DNA of 57,483 nt, counting the filler, from Perkinsus olseni (taxonomy: Eukaryota): NCBI GenBank assembly GCA_013115125.1. It is 6 parts of 6 records of this genome, joined end to end, with 100 filler letters (N's around TTAATTAATTAA, not from the genome) between each part and the next. Parts side by side here need not be neighbours in the genome. Positions count along the whole stretch, not along the records: positions 19,415 to 28,969 come from JABANN010000914.1; positions 29,070 to 38,527 come from JABANN010000916.1; 4 more parts are not named here. One strand, written 5' to 3'. The notes beneath the pieces were generated by a model. The model had not been told where the DNA came from. It saw only the letters and a list, made by a program, of their open reading frames with translations, and made no database searches. Below are positions 23,632 through 36,123 of the stretch, in pieces (positions within the stretch are counted from its first letter, which is position 1; each line of letters opens with the position of its first letter). The translations under genes and the position numbers were made by a program.

Positions 23632-26286
23632 ATGACTAAATTCGGGCAGTTGGTGATGGGCCCCGCGGGGTCCGGTAAGTCCACGTACTGCAACACCGTG
23701 TATGAGCACTACGCTGCTATTGGAAGTAATAAAGTTTTGTTGGGCCCCTCGCTGAGAGGCTTCGCTCCGCCTGCGCGGATCGCATGTGTATTAATTTATG
23801 AGAATCATCGGTGAGGTAACGCTCTTAGATGAATACCGGGTTCATCCTAGGGTCGTATCTTTCGTCTTGTTTTGTGCAAGCTTCGACCTTCTTCTTTCTC
23901 CTTCAGGACCAGTTCGAGTTATAAACCTGGACCCAGCAGCAGAATCCTTTGCCTACCCATGCGCTGTGAATATATGCGATTTGGTAGTAAACACGGGTTC
24001 TTGTGGTGGTTCAATCCGCGAGGTTCGGATGGTGATAATTTCGTGGGGCGGTGAAAAGTCTGAGAACTTCCTTTTAACGTCGGTGAACTCAGTCAAAAAT
24101 TTCAACCTTCGTTCTTTTATTACACCAAGATCGGGCGCTCTGTTGCGCTTGAACATCAGACTAGATTCTCAATGGAATGATGCAAAATTTTTGTCACAAT
24201 TATTTTGCGGTATAATTTGTATTATTTCGTGAGTGCGATTGTACAATTTAGTCGAGTGGGCACCTAGGTGGCTCTCAGAACAGAGGTCTGGTGCTTGCAA
24301 GAAAGATACCATTTCTGTCGTGTCACGCTTGCAGTGTTAGGTCTCACTGGACGATGTAGTGGAAGAATGTGAACTGGGACCCAACGGAGGCCTCGTCATG
24401 GCGATGGAGTAGTAGCTGGGGGGATTGGGTATGCAAAAAACGAGTTGCCTTTCGCTGGTGTGCCCACGTAAAGGGCTCGTAACGCATGGAGATATCTCGA
24501 TCACAGTAACGATGCTGTCGCAGGAATCTCCCTGCGACCTGACGTCGCTACACGCATAGGGCTGGAAGTCGGTATTCAGTGTTCGTGAGGTCTGCTGAGC
24601 CGGAGTATCACAATTTGTTACGAGCGAACCTAGGAGGATTCAAAATCGATGTTGCTGGTTGTAATTCTGTGATAAATTTTAGCGGAGCGATGCTTGGACA
24701 GATACATTTTGGAAGAAGGGTTGGACTGGTTGGAAGAGGAGATCAGCCAGTTCAATGACGACGAGTATTTCATGCTGGACTGTCCAGGTGATAGGAAGCG
24801 CTCGCCCAGCTGATCGATTCTCGTAGAGGCGTGAGCGCATGCTCTTCAGGTCAAATTGAGCTTTACTCTCACATACCAGTGATGAAGGATCTGGTGGACT
24901 TCCTCACCAATCGTCTCGATATGCGGCTTTGCGGAGTGTAATAAAAATTGTGCTTCGCTCCGCTAAGGGATTTTCTTCTTCTTATTTAGGTATTGCCTTG
25001 ACGTTATGTTCATATCGGATACGCCGAAGTTCATCTCCGGTGCCCTGTCGGCGCTTTCGGTGATGATCAATATTGACTTGCCACATGTTAATGTAAAACA
25101 ACGGGAGGAGTGGGGTGAAAACGTTCGTAATTTATTCACATTTGATCGATTTCCGCGAATCGTTTCTTCTTGGGTTTTAGGGTCCTCATTATTCATAAAC
25201 CCCGCGTCATTGAATATGAATTTTCCTATTTTAGACCGGCCGATCGAGCATCCGTAGCATGGGGTAGCGTAACCCTTATGACGCCCAGCTTGATACGAAG
25301 GACCGCATTTTTTTTGTGAGGAGAAAATTCCTCCAAGAAATATTTCCTGTACTCTCGATTGGCGTAAATATGTTCTTTTATCGCATGGATAGAGGACGCG
25401 GTGTCTGTCAGGGAAAATTCTATTTTTTTCACATGCACGTAGTGGTGGTCAATTTTCCGCAAAGTTGATGATTGTGTTCAGGTGCTCACTAAATGCGATC
25501 TTGTTGCATCATCGGAGGACCGTCTCGAGGAATTCCTGGAGTGCGACACCACCGACTTATGTTTGAAGATTCAGGAGGGCATCAGTGACAAGATGAAGCA
25601 TCTCACCATAAAAATGGCTGAGCTACTACAAGAGTACTAGGAGAGTGGCCGCCGCCCGCTGGCTCCTTAGGACTGTTTTCCGGGTGGAAGAAGGGCCTCT
25701 CATCTCGCACTTCAAGCACTGCTCTTTTGTCTTCCATTGGTAATGCGGAATTACCCTTGCTGAGCAACAAATAGAATTCAATCACCGAAAGCACGGCTCT
25801 CGTCTTGATTTTTTTCGGTTGCAAAGGACCGCGCCTGCCCTCCTTTCTCCGCTGTTCCCGGGTAACCGGTATACAGCATCGACACTCTCCCTCGGGGGAC
25901 TGATTTCAGATATTCCTTGGTGAGCTTCACACAAGTTGATCGAGACGACGAGGATAGCATCGAAAGACTATTGGAGATGGTTAACTTGGCTATCCAGTAG
26001 TGTGGGGAGAGACTTGCACGTGGCATCATAGTGGCCTCCTTTCTGCGTGTTGCATATTCTTTTTCGTTGATACAGACCGTATAATCACGGCGTTGATACT
26101 GAAGCCGCAAAAAAGCGATTGAGTCCTTCATATTTGTATTGCTCGCATGAGTCCGAGTAGGAGGTGGAGGATGATTGGTGGAGCAGGTACGGTGAAAACC
26201 TGGAGCCGGAGGACAAGGATTACCTTCCGGAAGAGGAGATGGATGGGTCCGATGAAGTGGACTTGAATGACTTCAATCAACTATGA
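23632..26286 (+). CDS. GPN3: GPN-loop GTPase 3 (about nine exons)
   Basis: MTKFGQLVMGPAGSGKSTYC, INLDPAAE, LGPNGGLVMAME, LDCPG|QIELYSH, KFISGALSALS, LPHVN|VLTKCDL, YSLVSF and AIQ|YGE, all joined by GT-AG introns. Confidence 0.93.
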
Positions 26287-26739
26287 CGAACGTCGCATTC
26301 AATCACATTCACTGACACGTTTCTATTGGAAATAAAGGTCTGTGTTTGAAGTAAGGAAATTCACGGTGGGAAGATCCGAGCTGTGCGTAGGTGGAGCCTT
26401 CCAGGGGAGTGAGCACATTGGTGAGGGCTTCGCTGAGCGCATGGTGGTGTTGGGCTGTGACCACTCACACGGCTAGTGCCTTTCATATTCCGATAATTCA
26501 TACCTATTCGGAATGGGTTGCATTGGAGTATTATTTGCAGAATTTTGTGGCGAGTGACGTTCTGATCATCGATGAGTTCATCTGCACGGCAACGCAGTTG
26601 GGAGGGTTGCAAGGCCGAAGCCCGCGAGGTGATATCATCAGTGCTTTTGGGGCGGTCGTCTTTTCCGTGATGAAAGTCAAAACTTCATGAAGTTTTAACG
26701 AACTGTGAATAGAATCAACGTGAGAATTCAGTGTCGACC

Positions 26740-28108
26740 ATGGTAGATCGATGTTCTCTGGAGGACATTTTTCGGTGGGTGGGTGTTCAGATCGAAAGAT
26801 CGATCGAAGCCGGCATAGCGGAGTTGACGAAGATATCGGGCAACGCGGATAGGAGGGAGTCCTCTCGAATACCTCTGGATGATCAAGTTGAGGTAGTCTA
26901 TTTTCCATGGGTTCACAGGAAAAATTTCACCACGTTTACTCTCGTTATTGGTACTGGCAGCTGTGAGAAAGTGCGCCTCAGTTGCTCTTCATGATTGAAT
27001 CTAGCAGTTCATTACGATGTCGTGGAGAGGATTCGGCAGGGGTTGGCGATCGTAGTTTTGTCGCAGATCGTGACCACCCTGATGAGCTCAACTGAGCGGC
27101 AACTGCGAGAGCTCCAGGTGGTGGTGGACGAGATGGCGGCCATTGCTAGCCAGAAATCGCAGCACGCGCAAGTCCAGCGGCACAGAGGAATTCTCACGGT
27201 AAGGCAGCAGCAGCAGGCAATTACATGGTGTTTTGCAATCCCCATTGGTAGTGGGTTGAGATTTGCCCGTTGAATGGCGCTTTTATTCAGGACCTCCGAG
27301 AGCACTACCGGGGCGTGTCGAAGACGCTTCACCATGAATTGAGGAGAACCACTCTGTTGTCTTCGGTGGAAGAGGGGAGGATTGGCAAGAGTGAAGTCCA
27401 TGATGATGATGAATGTGAGATGAGACAGCTAGAGGTGTCAGAAAGTGTGATGATGATACGTTTTATTCAGCGAATCTTCTGCGAGAACGAGGTGGGATTG
27501 AGGCCTCCATCAGGGCGATGGACGAGATGCTGTCCACTGCCTCCGATACTCGGGAAAAATTAGAACAACAAAATAGCGTCTTTGTGAAGATGAAGGGGAA
27601 ACTGGGTCAAATAGGTAAGGCTAGGCAACGCTTTCTCGCCGTCAAGAAACTCATTCGCCGCATGTCATGATCAACCTATGCTTCTCCATTCAATCGCTGG
27701 TGGCGATGAGGGGTCTCTCTCCCAGTCGGCTTTGGTCTAGCGCGGACACTACATAGCGGCTTCGATGATCGACTCTCCTGTTACCATTCAGGTTCAACAA
27801 TACCGGGAGTTGATGGTCTCATTCGAAAGATACGGGCAAGGAAGCGCAAGGAGCAAATCATATTGGGTAAACACACTGTCAGTAGTTTCATCGCCGGCTA
27901 CCGTCAGCTGGTTGACTCATCCTGCCATCTCGTATATACTGGAATCAGCCTCTCGACGTTCCTCGAGTGCTTTAGGAAATTTCCTGTCTTTCAGGATTGT
28001 TGCTTGGGCGTTGAGTTGACTGCAAAGTACCCGTTGTTATGCTTGTTCGTCTCAGGTTTAACGTTGGGAGTCTGCGGTTGTTTCACTATATGGTACCGAT
28101 TTATGTGA
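26740..28108 (+). CDS. Golgi Qb-SNARE, Gos1/GS28-like, multi-exon
   Basis: VQRHRGILT|DLREHY, LLRERGGIEASIRAMDEML...LEQQNSVF, IPGVDGLIRKIRARKRKEQIILG, then C-terminal TM LTLGVCGCFTIWYRFM*. Confidence 0.82.
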
Positions 28109-28349
28109 CATTTATTTGAACAAAGGGACTCTTGCGTTGATATAGTCGAGAGGAGTTACGCTACATAGATGATCGTGGAAAGGTCGAACAGAGTGTCATT
28201 CGCTCGCCATTTGACGGCGATGTTCAAAAACTCCGACTTTTTCGAGATAAAATTCTCAAACTCTTCGACTTCGAAACTATCTGCCATAACGCCTTGCCGC
28301 GTCTCTGAGTGTCGTTGTTCGGTTTCTATGGGATGTGGTTTATATAATA

Positions 28350-28550
28350 GTAGTACTAGATCTCTGTACCACACTCTTGTGACAACAGTCTTGTCTGGTT
28401 GACAACGGCGTGGTTTGTAGTACTAGATCTCTGTACCACACTCTTGTGACAACAGTCTTGTCTGGTTGACAACGGCGTGGTTTGTAGTACTAGATCTCTG
28501 TACCACACTCTTGTGACAAAAGTCTTGTCTGGTTGACAACGGCGTGGTTT
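28350..28550. repeat. 67-bp tandem repeat, 3 copies
   Basis: Units start at 28350, 28417 and 28484; one substitution seen in copy 3. Confidence 0.95.
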
Positions 28551-28969
28551 GGTAGCGCGACCGAGAAGTGTGAAGACTGCGCCATACTTTGGTCGGAATC
28601 TGCAGTGCGCAATCGGAGTCTCTAACTGAGCGCATCTCGCGGCGAGAGTCTACCTAAGCCGGAACAACTGGCGTTGGACTATAAACTTGCACGCAGGAGG
28701 AGTTGGGCTAATCTCGTCCAATTCACGGACCACATAGACTCCGTCAACGCGACAGTCGCGTCGCGACTACTGGCCCTGGAACAACTCTGTGACGACGGGC
28801 GCGGCACGGCGGAATGCCGCTGCCGCAGCATGCTGTTCAGCTTACGCCTGAAGCCTTCAGGCCGGCATGATGCGTGGGAAGAGGATTAGCGGATTCAATG
28901 TCTCCTCCGTCGTGCTGGTAACGCAAGCCTCAGCGTGAATATCTTGCGCTGAGCTAAGCTCGGCTGCAC

Positions 28970-29069
28970 NNNNNNNNNNNNNNNNNNNNNNNNNNNNNNN
29001 NNNNNNNNNNNNNTTAATTAATTAANNNNNNNNNNNNNNNNNNNNNNNNNNNNNNNNNNNNNNNNNNNN
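28970..29069. other. Artificial contig linker
   Basis: N44-TTAATTAATTAA-N44. Confidence 0.99.
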
Positions 29070-30116
29070 CCGCAGGCGAGCGCTTGCTTCGTCTCCGTAT
29101 TTGCACCACTCTACACTGCGCGGGCTTCGTGTAGTTCGTCAGGCAATCACAGGCGGAAGTAAGCTGTGGGATTTGAACGCGGGTCGCCACTCAAGGGGAC
29201 GTCCCAGATCATCTGGGCCAGATGCCCTACTTGACTATTTGAATTTCAGCCGCCTGCTACTTCGCTGGTATGGCTTATTTCTCCGCAAGCATCTCTCCCC
29301 CCAAGAGAAGAGGACTCGTTAACTCTTTCATCATGAGGTCCGCCAATTGTGGTGAGCATAGCGATACTTCTGCTGGCGTTGTTGTTGATTCTGTGAATTC
29401 CAGGCGGAATTTTTGGCCCATTCGCCGCTGGTAGCCTCTACGATTTGGATCCAGCCTATCCTTTCTATCTTTCCGTCGTCATATTCTGTCTTGGAGGTCT
29501 AGGCTGTAAGTTTGCCACTCATCAATCATTCTCCTGTGGGATATCCGGGATCTGGCCCTGTCACGCTCATGCCAGGCGCTGTGTTTGTGCATTGTCTTCG
29601 ACCTTCTCTGTTGTACAAGCGATGTATCCGTAAAGAATTCTCTTCATAGTTTTCTCAGGTCTTGGTATCAAGGTGGACATAAGTTATCAGCGTAAGCTGA
29701 ACGAGGAAGCTTGGCGCGATACGTTTGTTGATAAGAAGACAACTTCGGCTTCTGCCTGAACGACCGCGGCGACGCAATCGGTGTATCGGATTGTCTAGTC
29801 CCTATGGGTTAGCTGCCTTCGTGTTGCTGTTAGCAGCACTATTAAACTCTCTTGGTTTGAAGAGACGTTCGTCCGAGCGGAGTTGACCGCTCAGTAATGA
29901 TGGAAGAGTTGACTTTCGCCTCTCTCTCCGGCACTGCCTTCAGTAAGGGCATTCAACTGTACACCGATGCCAAGTTGTTTCTTCGGGACCCCTCCTCTCT
30001 GAGTTTGTCAACTGCCATCATATGTCGTACGTCGGTCAGTATGGGACTGCAAGACGCGAATGGCCATCCTAATTTTGCACGTCAGTTGCCGTCATGTTAC
30101 CAAGTCTACGTGCCTG

Positions 30117-30440
30117 GCATCGTGTAGGCGAAGCATCTTTCCCGATATCCTCGGCTTGATCAGTCCTTCCTCCTTCCATCATATTAGCTACTCATATCGG
30201 AAGTCAGTGGTCCGCCATAGCAGCTGAGACAGACGTGGAATGCGACGAAGAGAAGGTTGCCGAATCCCCTGAACTCTTGTTATGGTCCCAACAGAAGATA
30301 CTCTCTGGGTATCTTCGCTTGCAAGTCGACCAAGTTTAGGTTCTCCCTGGCCTTTTTTGACAACCAGGAGATGCGTGAGCACTGCATGTGCCGTCGCACA
30401 GGCACTTCCTTCAAGAGATGGCTCTATGATATGGAACGCA
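30117..30440 (+). pseudogene. Truncated, degenerate paralogue of the 5' part of gene 31770-32843
   Basis: YGPNRRYSLGIFACKSTKFRFSLAFFDNQEMREH vs YGSNRRYSLGIFAWKSTKSGFSLVFFDSEEMREH. The upstream sequence (CCGATATC.TCGG.TTGATCAGTCC) is also shared. No ATG start, internal deletion, early stop. Confidence 0.8.
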
Positions 30441-30577
30441 GAAGCTGCTGATTGAAGGTCGGGAACGGGTGGGTATTTCGATCACTCATTTCGTTGATAT
30501 TCCTGCTCCTGTTCAGAAGATCACCAGAAACTCTGCCATCCTTCCACCATACCGAATGGCTATCGGTAGACGAAAGA

Positions 30578-30651
30578 TACCCGATGCAGGATTCGAACCT
30601 ACGGCCATCTGCTCCGTAGGCAGACATTCTATCCAGCTGAACTAATCGGGC
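30578..30651 (-). tRNA. tRNA-Arg(ACG)
   Basis: GCCCGATTAGTTCAGCTGGATAGAATGTCTGCCTACGGAGCAGATGGCCGTAGGTTCGAATCCTGCATCGGGTA folds as a cloverleaf with anticodon ACG. Confidence 0.93.
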
Positions 30652-30698
30652 GATGATTTCTGGTTTTAAGCCTTCTAGGTGGCCGGTGGGGTGAGCCC

Positions 30699-30820
30699 CA
30701 AAATCCAAGGGAGAGGTACGAAGTCTAAGGAAATTTGGTTGGGGGTACGGTTGTCCTGCGCAACAGCTTGGATTTCTGGTTTCTCGGATTTTGCACCTTC
30801 TCCTTGGATTTCGTACTTCA
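30699..30820. repeat. Imperfect inverted (foldback) arrangement of the 20-bp CAAAATCCAAGG unit
   Basis: Left arm CAAAATCCAAGGGAGAGGTACGAAGTCTAAGG. Right arm reverse-complements to TGAAGTACGAAATCCAAGGAGAAGGTGCAAAATCCGAG. Confidence 0.75.
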
Positions 30821-31481
30821 ACCGTGGCCGGTGCGTCCGCCCACGACGTTGAATATCGATGAATGCACATATGATTGATAGTTAAGAGGGGCGCGGCGTG
30901 ATTGCGACCAACACGGAGGGGGTGAGGTAGGGGGTCTTCGTATCTATCAGCCACGTTTCAAGCGTATGACAATTTCTCGTTGATAAAGCTACAGGCGCCG
31001 CGCGCGTTGCGCGGGCGTCCGGGTCATCGGGGATTCGCGGTTTCCAAGTTGGCATTACTGTAGCGCAAAGTTTTACTCCAACCCCTACTCCGACTTGATC
31101 GGCTGATCAATGATGCAGCAATTCCCGCACGAGGAGTTTCATGCACTTGGTAGATCGAATCTGATTAAGTAGTCGAGGTTTCTCCTTGAACGGCCTGGCG
31201 AGCCCCGACGCAGCGCCGCTCAGAGTTACCAAAACTCGTCTCTCGTTGATGCGCATTGGTAACTAGTGAGTGCTTATCACCGTATGCGACCAGCAATGTA
31301 CCAGATGTACTTTTTCGAATCGTTACCACTTCATTCGTCTCGCAATAGCTACAACCGAATAAAACACTATTGTGTTGTCCGGGGGATTAGATAATCATGC
31401 GCTCCGTCCGGGCTATTGTATTCGATGAGGAGCATGCAGCTCCTTTTGCATGTATAGCTGGCCTGCAGTTGTGTTATCAGG

Positions 31482-31563
31482 GACACTTTGGCCGAGTGGT
31501 TAAGGCGGCGGCCTGCTAAGCCGTTGGGCTCTGCCCGCGAGGGTTCGAATCCCTCAGGTGTCG
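31482..31563 (+). tRNA. tRNA-Ser(GCT)
   Basis: 82-nt cloverleaf with long variable arm, TGGCCGAGTGG A box, GGTTCGAATCC B box and anticodon GCT. Confidence 0.95.
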
Positions 31564-31769
31564 TATAAGTGTAGGCCCTTGCTGCATGACTGTTGTGACT
31601 TGAGTTACTGTAACCTCTGTCGTGTAACCCATGGCGCACTACTGCGCCAGGCGCCTTCAGAATTCTGCTATTTGAACTCGACATTACATTGTCTCTGAGA
31701 CGAACATCGTGTAGCGGGATCCCTGTTCCGATATCTTCGGATTGATCAGTCCCCCTTGCATCCATTCAA

Positions 31770-32843
31770 ATGGCAACTCACATGGTAACTCAACCGATCG
31801 TCGTAGCGGCGGACACTGACGCCGTCGAGGATTCGACTAAGAGGAAGTTGCCGAGCTTCCCGAACTCTTGCAAGCTGATTGGCTCCGAGTCTGATAACTT
31901 GCGTTTGGACGGATACCAGTCTATGGCTTATTATGGTTCCAACAGAAGATACTCTTTGGGTATCTTCGCCTGGAAGTCGACCAAGTCTGGGTTCTCCCTG
32001 GTCTTCTTTGATAGTGAGGAGATGCGTGAGCACTACAAGTACGGTGGCAAAGGCACATCCATCAAGAGATGGCTGCACGGAATGGGAAGTTTCAAGGGGA
32101 CGTACAAGACGGGATGTATACTCGGAGAAGAGTTGTACTTTGTCGTTGAAAAGGATGATTGTAACGTTCGCTGCAAGGTCCTCGAGGGGAAAATGAAGAA
32201 ACCAATCAAGAGCCCCGAGCCAATTGGCTATGTGACTAGTGACTCCGGCGGGAGGAGACTATTCGCTGTCGCCAAGTCCGGCAAAGTCTACATGCTGAAC
32301 GATAACAAGTCTGCTTGGGAGTATCTAATGTTCATGCCCAAGGGAACAAAGGCCAACGGGACGTCTTTTACACTTGAAGATGTGATTGTTGAGAACGGCA
32401 AGGCCTCGAAGGTGCTGATGAAGAAATGGGTCGCTCCTGAGGGGTACGCTAGGAAAGAGTTCTTGTGTGTCTTGGGGCCGGGCAACTCTATCAAGGAGAG
32501 CAAGGAGGTTTATGTCGAGGCCGCCAAGTTCGTACCAAGAACAGAGGGACGCGTCTGTTGCGGGATGTTCAATGAGGACTTCCCAGGAGATGAGGACAAC
32601 TTCTTTGCCGTATACGATTTGTACGAGAATGAGTTCCTGGCGAGGTCCGAGGACGCCGCCTTCAACTATGAGGATATCGAGGTGTCGTCCGTCATGGTGG
32701 ATGAAAACTGGAAAGTGAACGTCCGTGGATCGGACTACCGAGTCAAATCGTATGATGCCTATCCGACGCTCTATAACAACACGCTGCAGTTGAGCTGCGA
32801 TGATGACGAAACCGTGAAGAGAGTCAGAGGTTTTGGAGGCTAA
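31770..32843 (+). CDS. Intronless 357-aa hypothetical protein, beta-rich (possibly propeller-like)
   Basis: Long uninterrupted ORF with a degenerate paralogue nearby; no known motif recognised. Confidence 0.75.
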   Translation: MATHMVTQPIVVAADTDAVEDSTKRKLPSFPNSCKLIGSESDNLRLDGYQSMAYYGSNRRYSLGIFAWKSTKSGFSLVFFDSEEMREHYKYGGKGTSIKRWLHGMGSFKGTYKTGCILGEELYFVVEKDDCNVRCKVLEGKMKKPIKSPEPIGYVTSDSGGRRLFAVAKSGKVYMLNDNKSAWEYLMFMPKGTKANGTSFTLEDVIVENGKASKVLMKKWVAPEGYARKEFLCVLGPGNSIKESKEVYVEAAKFVPRTEGRVCCGMFNEDFPGDEDNFFAVYDLYENEFLARSEDAAFNYEDIEVSSVMVDENWKVNVRGSDYRVKSYDAYPTLYNNTLQLSCDDDETVKRVRGFGG

Positions 32844-33770
32844 TCTAATCGAATGGAAATCCGTATAACATTCTGCATGGCTATTCTATCATCATCATCA
32901 TTACCAGTACCACCATTAACTGCTGCTACCGACTCTTTGATACGCCCGTGTCCCATCTATGTTTGATCGATTTCGTCGTCTAACTTATTCCCCACTACGA
33001 TGAGAATATGCATGAGATTACTTTCGCAGCCTTGATGAGCCGTTGGAAATGAGTGCCGTAAGGTTCGGTAGAGCTAAAGTAAATGTCGACCTAGTTGTCT
33101 GCAGTCAGCTATCGGTCTTTATGCGCGGAAACCTCCGGCACATAGGATCTCGATTCTGTGATATTGTGCCACCATAATGCTGGTACACTATCCTGTGAGA
33201 TCGATGACTCTTTTTGCTCCTAATTTGTTCCACGTCTCCGGTCGACACAGTTATTTAAAACTGACTTTTGAGTTGGCTAATTCACTGCAGTGAGAAGGTC
33301 ACTCGCGTCATCTGCTCAGTCAGTGACAGCGAGCCCACAGGTAAGTGCGATACCTCGGGGATATTGTCTCTATCACGTGTGCTGTTGGGCCAGTGTTCAC
33401 GAGAGTGTCCTGTCTACCGCTATCGCTCTTCTATTGCTTTCGAACTGACGAGAAGAGCCTGAAGGAGAGAAAGTCGCTGAACTCGCCTCACTTAAGGTAA
33501 GCAAGTAATTTACTTTAAGTTGAAGAAAAAAAACTTACTTGAAGTAAGCCAAGGTTCACGCAGTCTCCAAGTTGTGTCACCCTGCCAAAATTCGGCAAGG
33601 TGCTTATTACGGACAATGGGCATTGTTAGCACGATAAATTTATAAGCTATGGTCCGGGGCTCATCGGGGTGTCCAGAGAAATCAGCCGGGATCCGTTATA
33701 GGAAGTATTCTCAGAATGGACTCTCAGTAAATTCTCAAGACATGTGCTGAGAATTGTATTGAATGACTCA

Positions 33771-33852
33771 GAACGACTGGCCGAGTTGTTGAAGCGGCGG
33801 CCTGCTTAATCCTCAAGCTGTGCCCGCGCGGGTACGAACTCCTCACGTGTCG
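33771..33852 (+). pseudogene. Degenerate copy of tRNA-Ser(GCT)
   Basis: Colinear 82 nt with 31482-31563 (TGGCCGAGT.GTT...GCGGCGGCCTGCT...TGCCCGCG.GGGT.CGAA..CCTCA.GTGTCG), but the stems and the A/B boxes are disrupted. Confidence 0.85.
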
Positions 33853-35538
33853 TCGTTATCCATTGCCGATGGACTGTGCGCGGTGAGCTGTTAGTGAGCG
33901 TTCGTCGTCAAGTACGACTGCATCGGCCATGAAGATATGGACGACCGATTGTAGCTCTGCGGGTGCGCACTATACAACCATGGAACCCAAGCTCAGCTGG
34001 GCGCTAGTTGATGACTTTGTTGGTATACCCTCGGAACAGAGATTCTGTAAAAAGTCTGAGAATTCCACTGAAAGATTGTCTTGAGTTCATAATGGTTCAC
34101 ACTGATAACTTTCATGCCAGACGGCGGAAGATGATTTCCCGCTCAGAATTGTCAGCAACCGAACCGGCTCATCATGCTCGGTCCGCTGGATCGTCAACGG
34201 GCCGGATCGCTATGCGGGTTTCGACCCAACAACACCACTTGCTGAGTTGACGTTTTCTCGTAACCCTTATGAAGCCATAGTCACGTTGATAAGAATCAAC
34301 AATTCTCTAGTAAGGGATGATGGTAAAGTTTGTTACAGTCGCTTCGGTCGTCAATGAGCAGAGATACGACCATATTCCCCTGCCGAACAGGCCCGTTGGA
34401 TCGCGAGGTTGCGGTCGAGAGAGACCAGTCACCAGAAAATGAAGCACCGAGAGCCGCCGCGGGTAGACCTCGGTCGATTATCGTCAACTCCACGCACGCG
34501 GGGTGGAGGCTGCCAGTGCTCCCTGTTCTCGATTCGGCATCGCAGGGCCGTTACTGAACCCTCATTGCTTCGGTTTCCTGCTCCCTGCAGGTTCAGGAAC
34601 TTCGAGTCGCCATCACGAGGGGGATCCGATTTTTCGGACAGACTCACCGAGATGCACGGCAAGAAGGAGATGAATGTCGGCATTCTCCATTAAGGCCTCC
34701 GATAGTACTTATTGGAGCGCAAGGCACATTCGATAGTGAATCCCCAGCTTAGAACGCTTCGGTCGTACATCCGATGGCCTCCTCACTTCGTGCAAGTGGG
34801 AAGCTCTCAGATGGCTCTCTAGCCGCTCGAGCGGGAAGCCAACCTTCCTGTAGAGATGGAGCGGGCGTGTCTTCGTTCCAGAAGAACATCGCAAGAAGTT
34901 CAAGTCGCGAAGTCCGGGAGGCATCTGCAGCCTGAGTAAACTATTTCGCGTCATCGACGACCACGACGGTGACAGGAAGGTTAGCACCACTTCACAATTT
35001 TCTGGCTAACGCGCCTCTCCCATGCATCCCGATATAATACTGAGAAGTCGTCGCGTGACCACATCGATGACCGTCTGCTATTCGTATGCCTAATGAAAGT
35101 CCAAAATTCTTGTTGTCTCTCCAATTGAGCAAGGAGGAGTTCACCAAGTATCTCAGGAAAAAATAGGCGAGCGAAAGCGGCGCGGTTCGGGCCTCTCCAG
35201 AACTTCCAGCTTCGCTGAGGATTGGGTTGCTGGAATTTCCGAGCTTCGAACCGGCGCGGTTTCCCCGCCCGCAAGATGATCCTGTTCAGAGTCCGAAACT
35301 GCACGCTGATTCGTAGTCCTGTGATACGAGAAATTCATTGATGTTGGGGGTTTCTGGTATCCCGACTTGACCTAGTATCAGTGCCTTATTATTTCATCGT
35401 ACGCTAGAACATCAAGAGGCTACATTCTGACGAAATGTTTACACAAATTGTGTGACACAATCTCCTTCGTTTTCCTTAGGGGAGGATTCACAGCAGGGAG
35501 AGTTTGAACTTCAACCATAGTGGGAATCTTTGCAATTT

Positions 35539-36123
35539 ATGTTTGTCGTCGCGTTGTTAAGCACTCTGATCTTCGAGGACTCGTCCGCAGCGACCCTCCC
35601 GCTGGGACCATCAGGTCCGTATTATCATCAGCTTCAAGCTGACCCTTATCTCTGCATAGGAATGGACTGGCTGGAGCCTCCCCAACCACGTCATGACTCC
35701 GAATGGATCGGTATATTCACTTTGAAGTGTGATTATTCCGGAAGGTCTGAGGAAGTCTCGGACATGATGAAATTCACGAGACACGAGTTCGATGTGGAAC
35801 AACCCTTTGTCTACTTCTCGTGGTCCCTAGAAGAGACGCCAGAGAACGTCGAAGCCCTGAGAGATTGGATGATGAGGAGTGGGAATTGCGGGACTGACTT
35901 GGAATACGATAAGAGAGATGCCGACCTGGTCGCGTTCAATGGGCTTCAGCAAGAAGTATCATTGAGGGTTAACGGAACACTGATGACCTTGGAGCGAGGA
36001 AGGTGCCTGAACGACACTATCGTCAATAATGGCGGCCCTACCCCATCGGAAGAATATGATATCGGTCATTGGTCAGACGACTCTGTGGCCAGTCAGGTTG
36101 CGCTGGTGCCCCGGGACGAGTGA
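35539..36123 (+). CDS. Intronless putative secreted protein (~194 aa)
   Basis: Signal-peptide-like MFVVALLSTLIFEDSSA; four cysteines; no known domain. Confidence 0.65.
   Translation: MFVVALLSTLIFEDSSAATLPLGPSGPYYHQLQADPYLCIGMDWLEPPQPRHDSEWIGIFTLKCDYSGRSEEVSDMMKFTRHEFDVEQPFVYFSWSLEETPENVEALRDWMMRSGNCGTDLEYDKRDADLVAFNGLQQEVSLRVNGTLMTLERGRCLNDTIVNNGGPTPSEEYDIGHWSDDSVASQVALVPRDE

Noticed and set aside
26361-26690. Short ORFs between GPN3 and the SNARE gene
   Set aside because: No motif and no consistent exon structure on either strand.
28350-28550. CRISPR-like array
   Set aside because: Head-to-tail identical 67-bp units with no unique spacers and no cas genes, in a eukaryotic context.
29070-29760. 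Minus-strand SSRASGPDD resembling the LINE KAPGPDG motif
   Set aside because: A single short motif amid stop codons is not enough to call.
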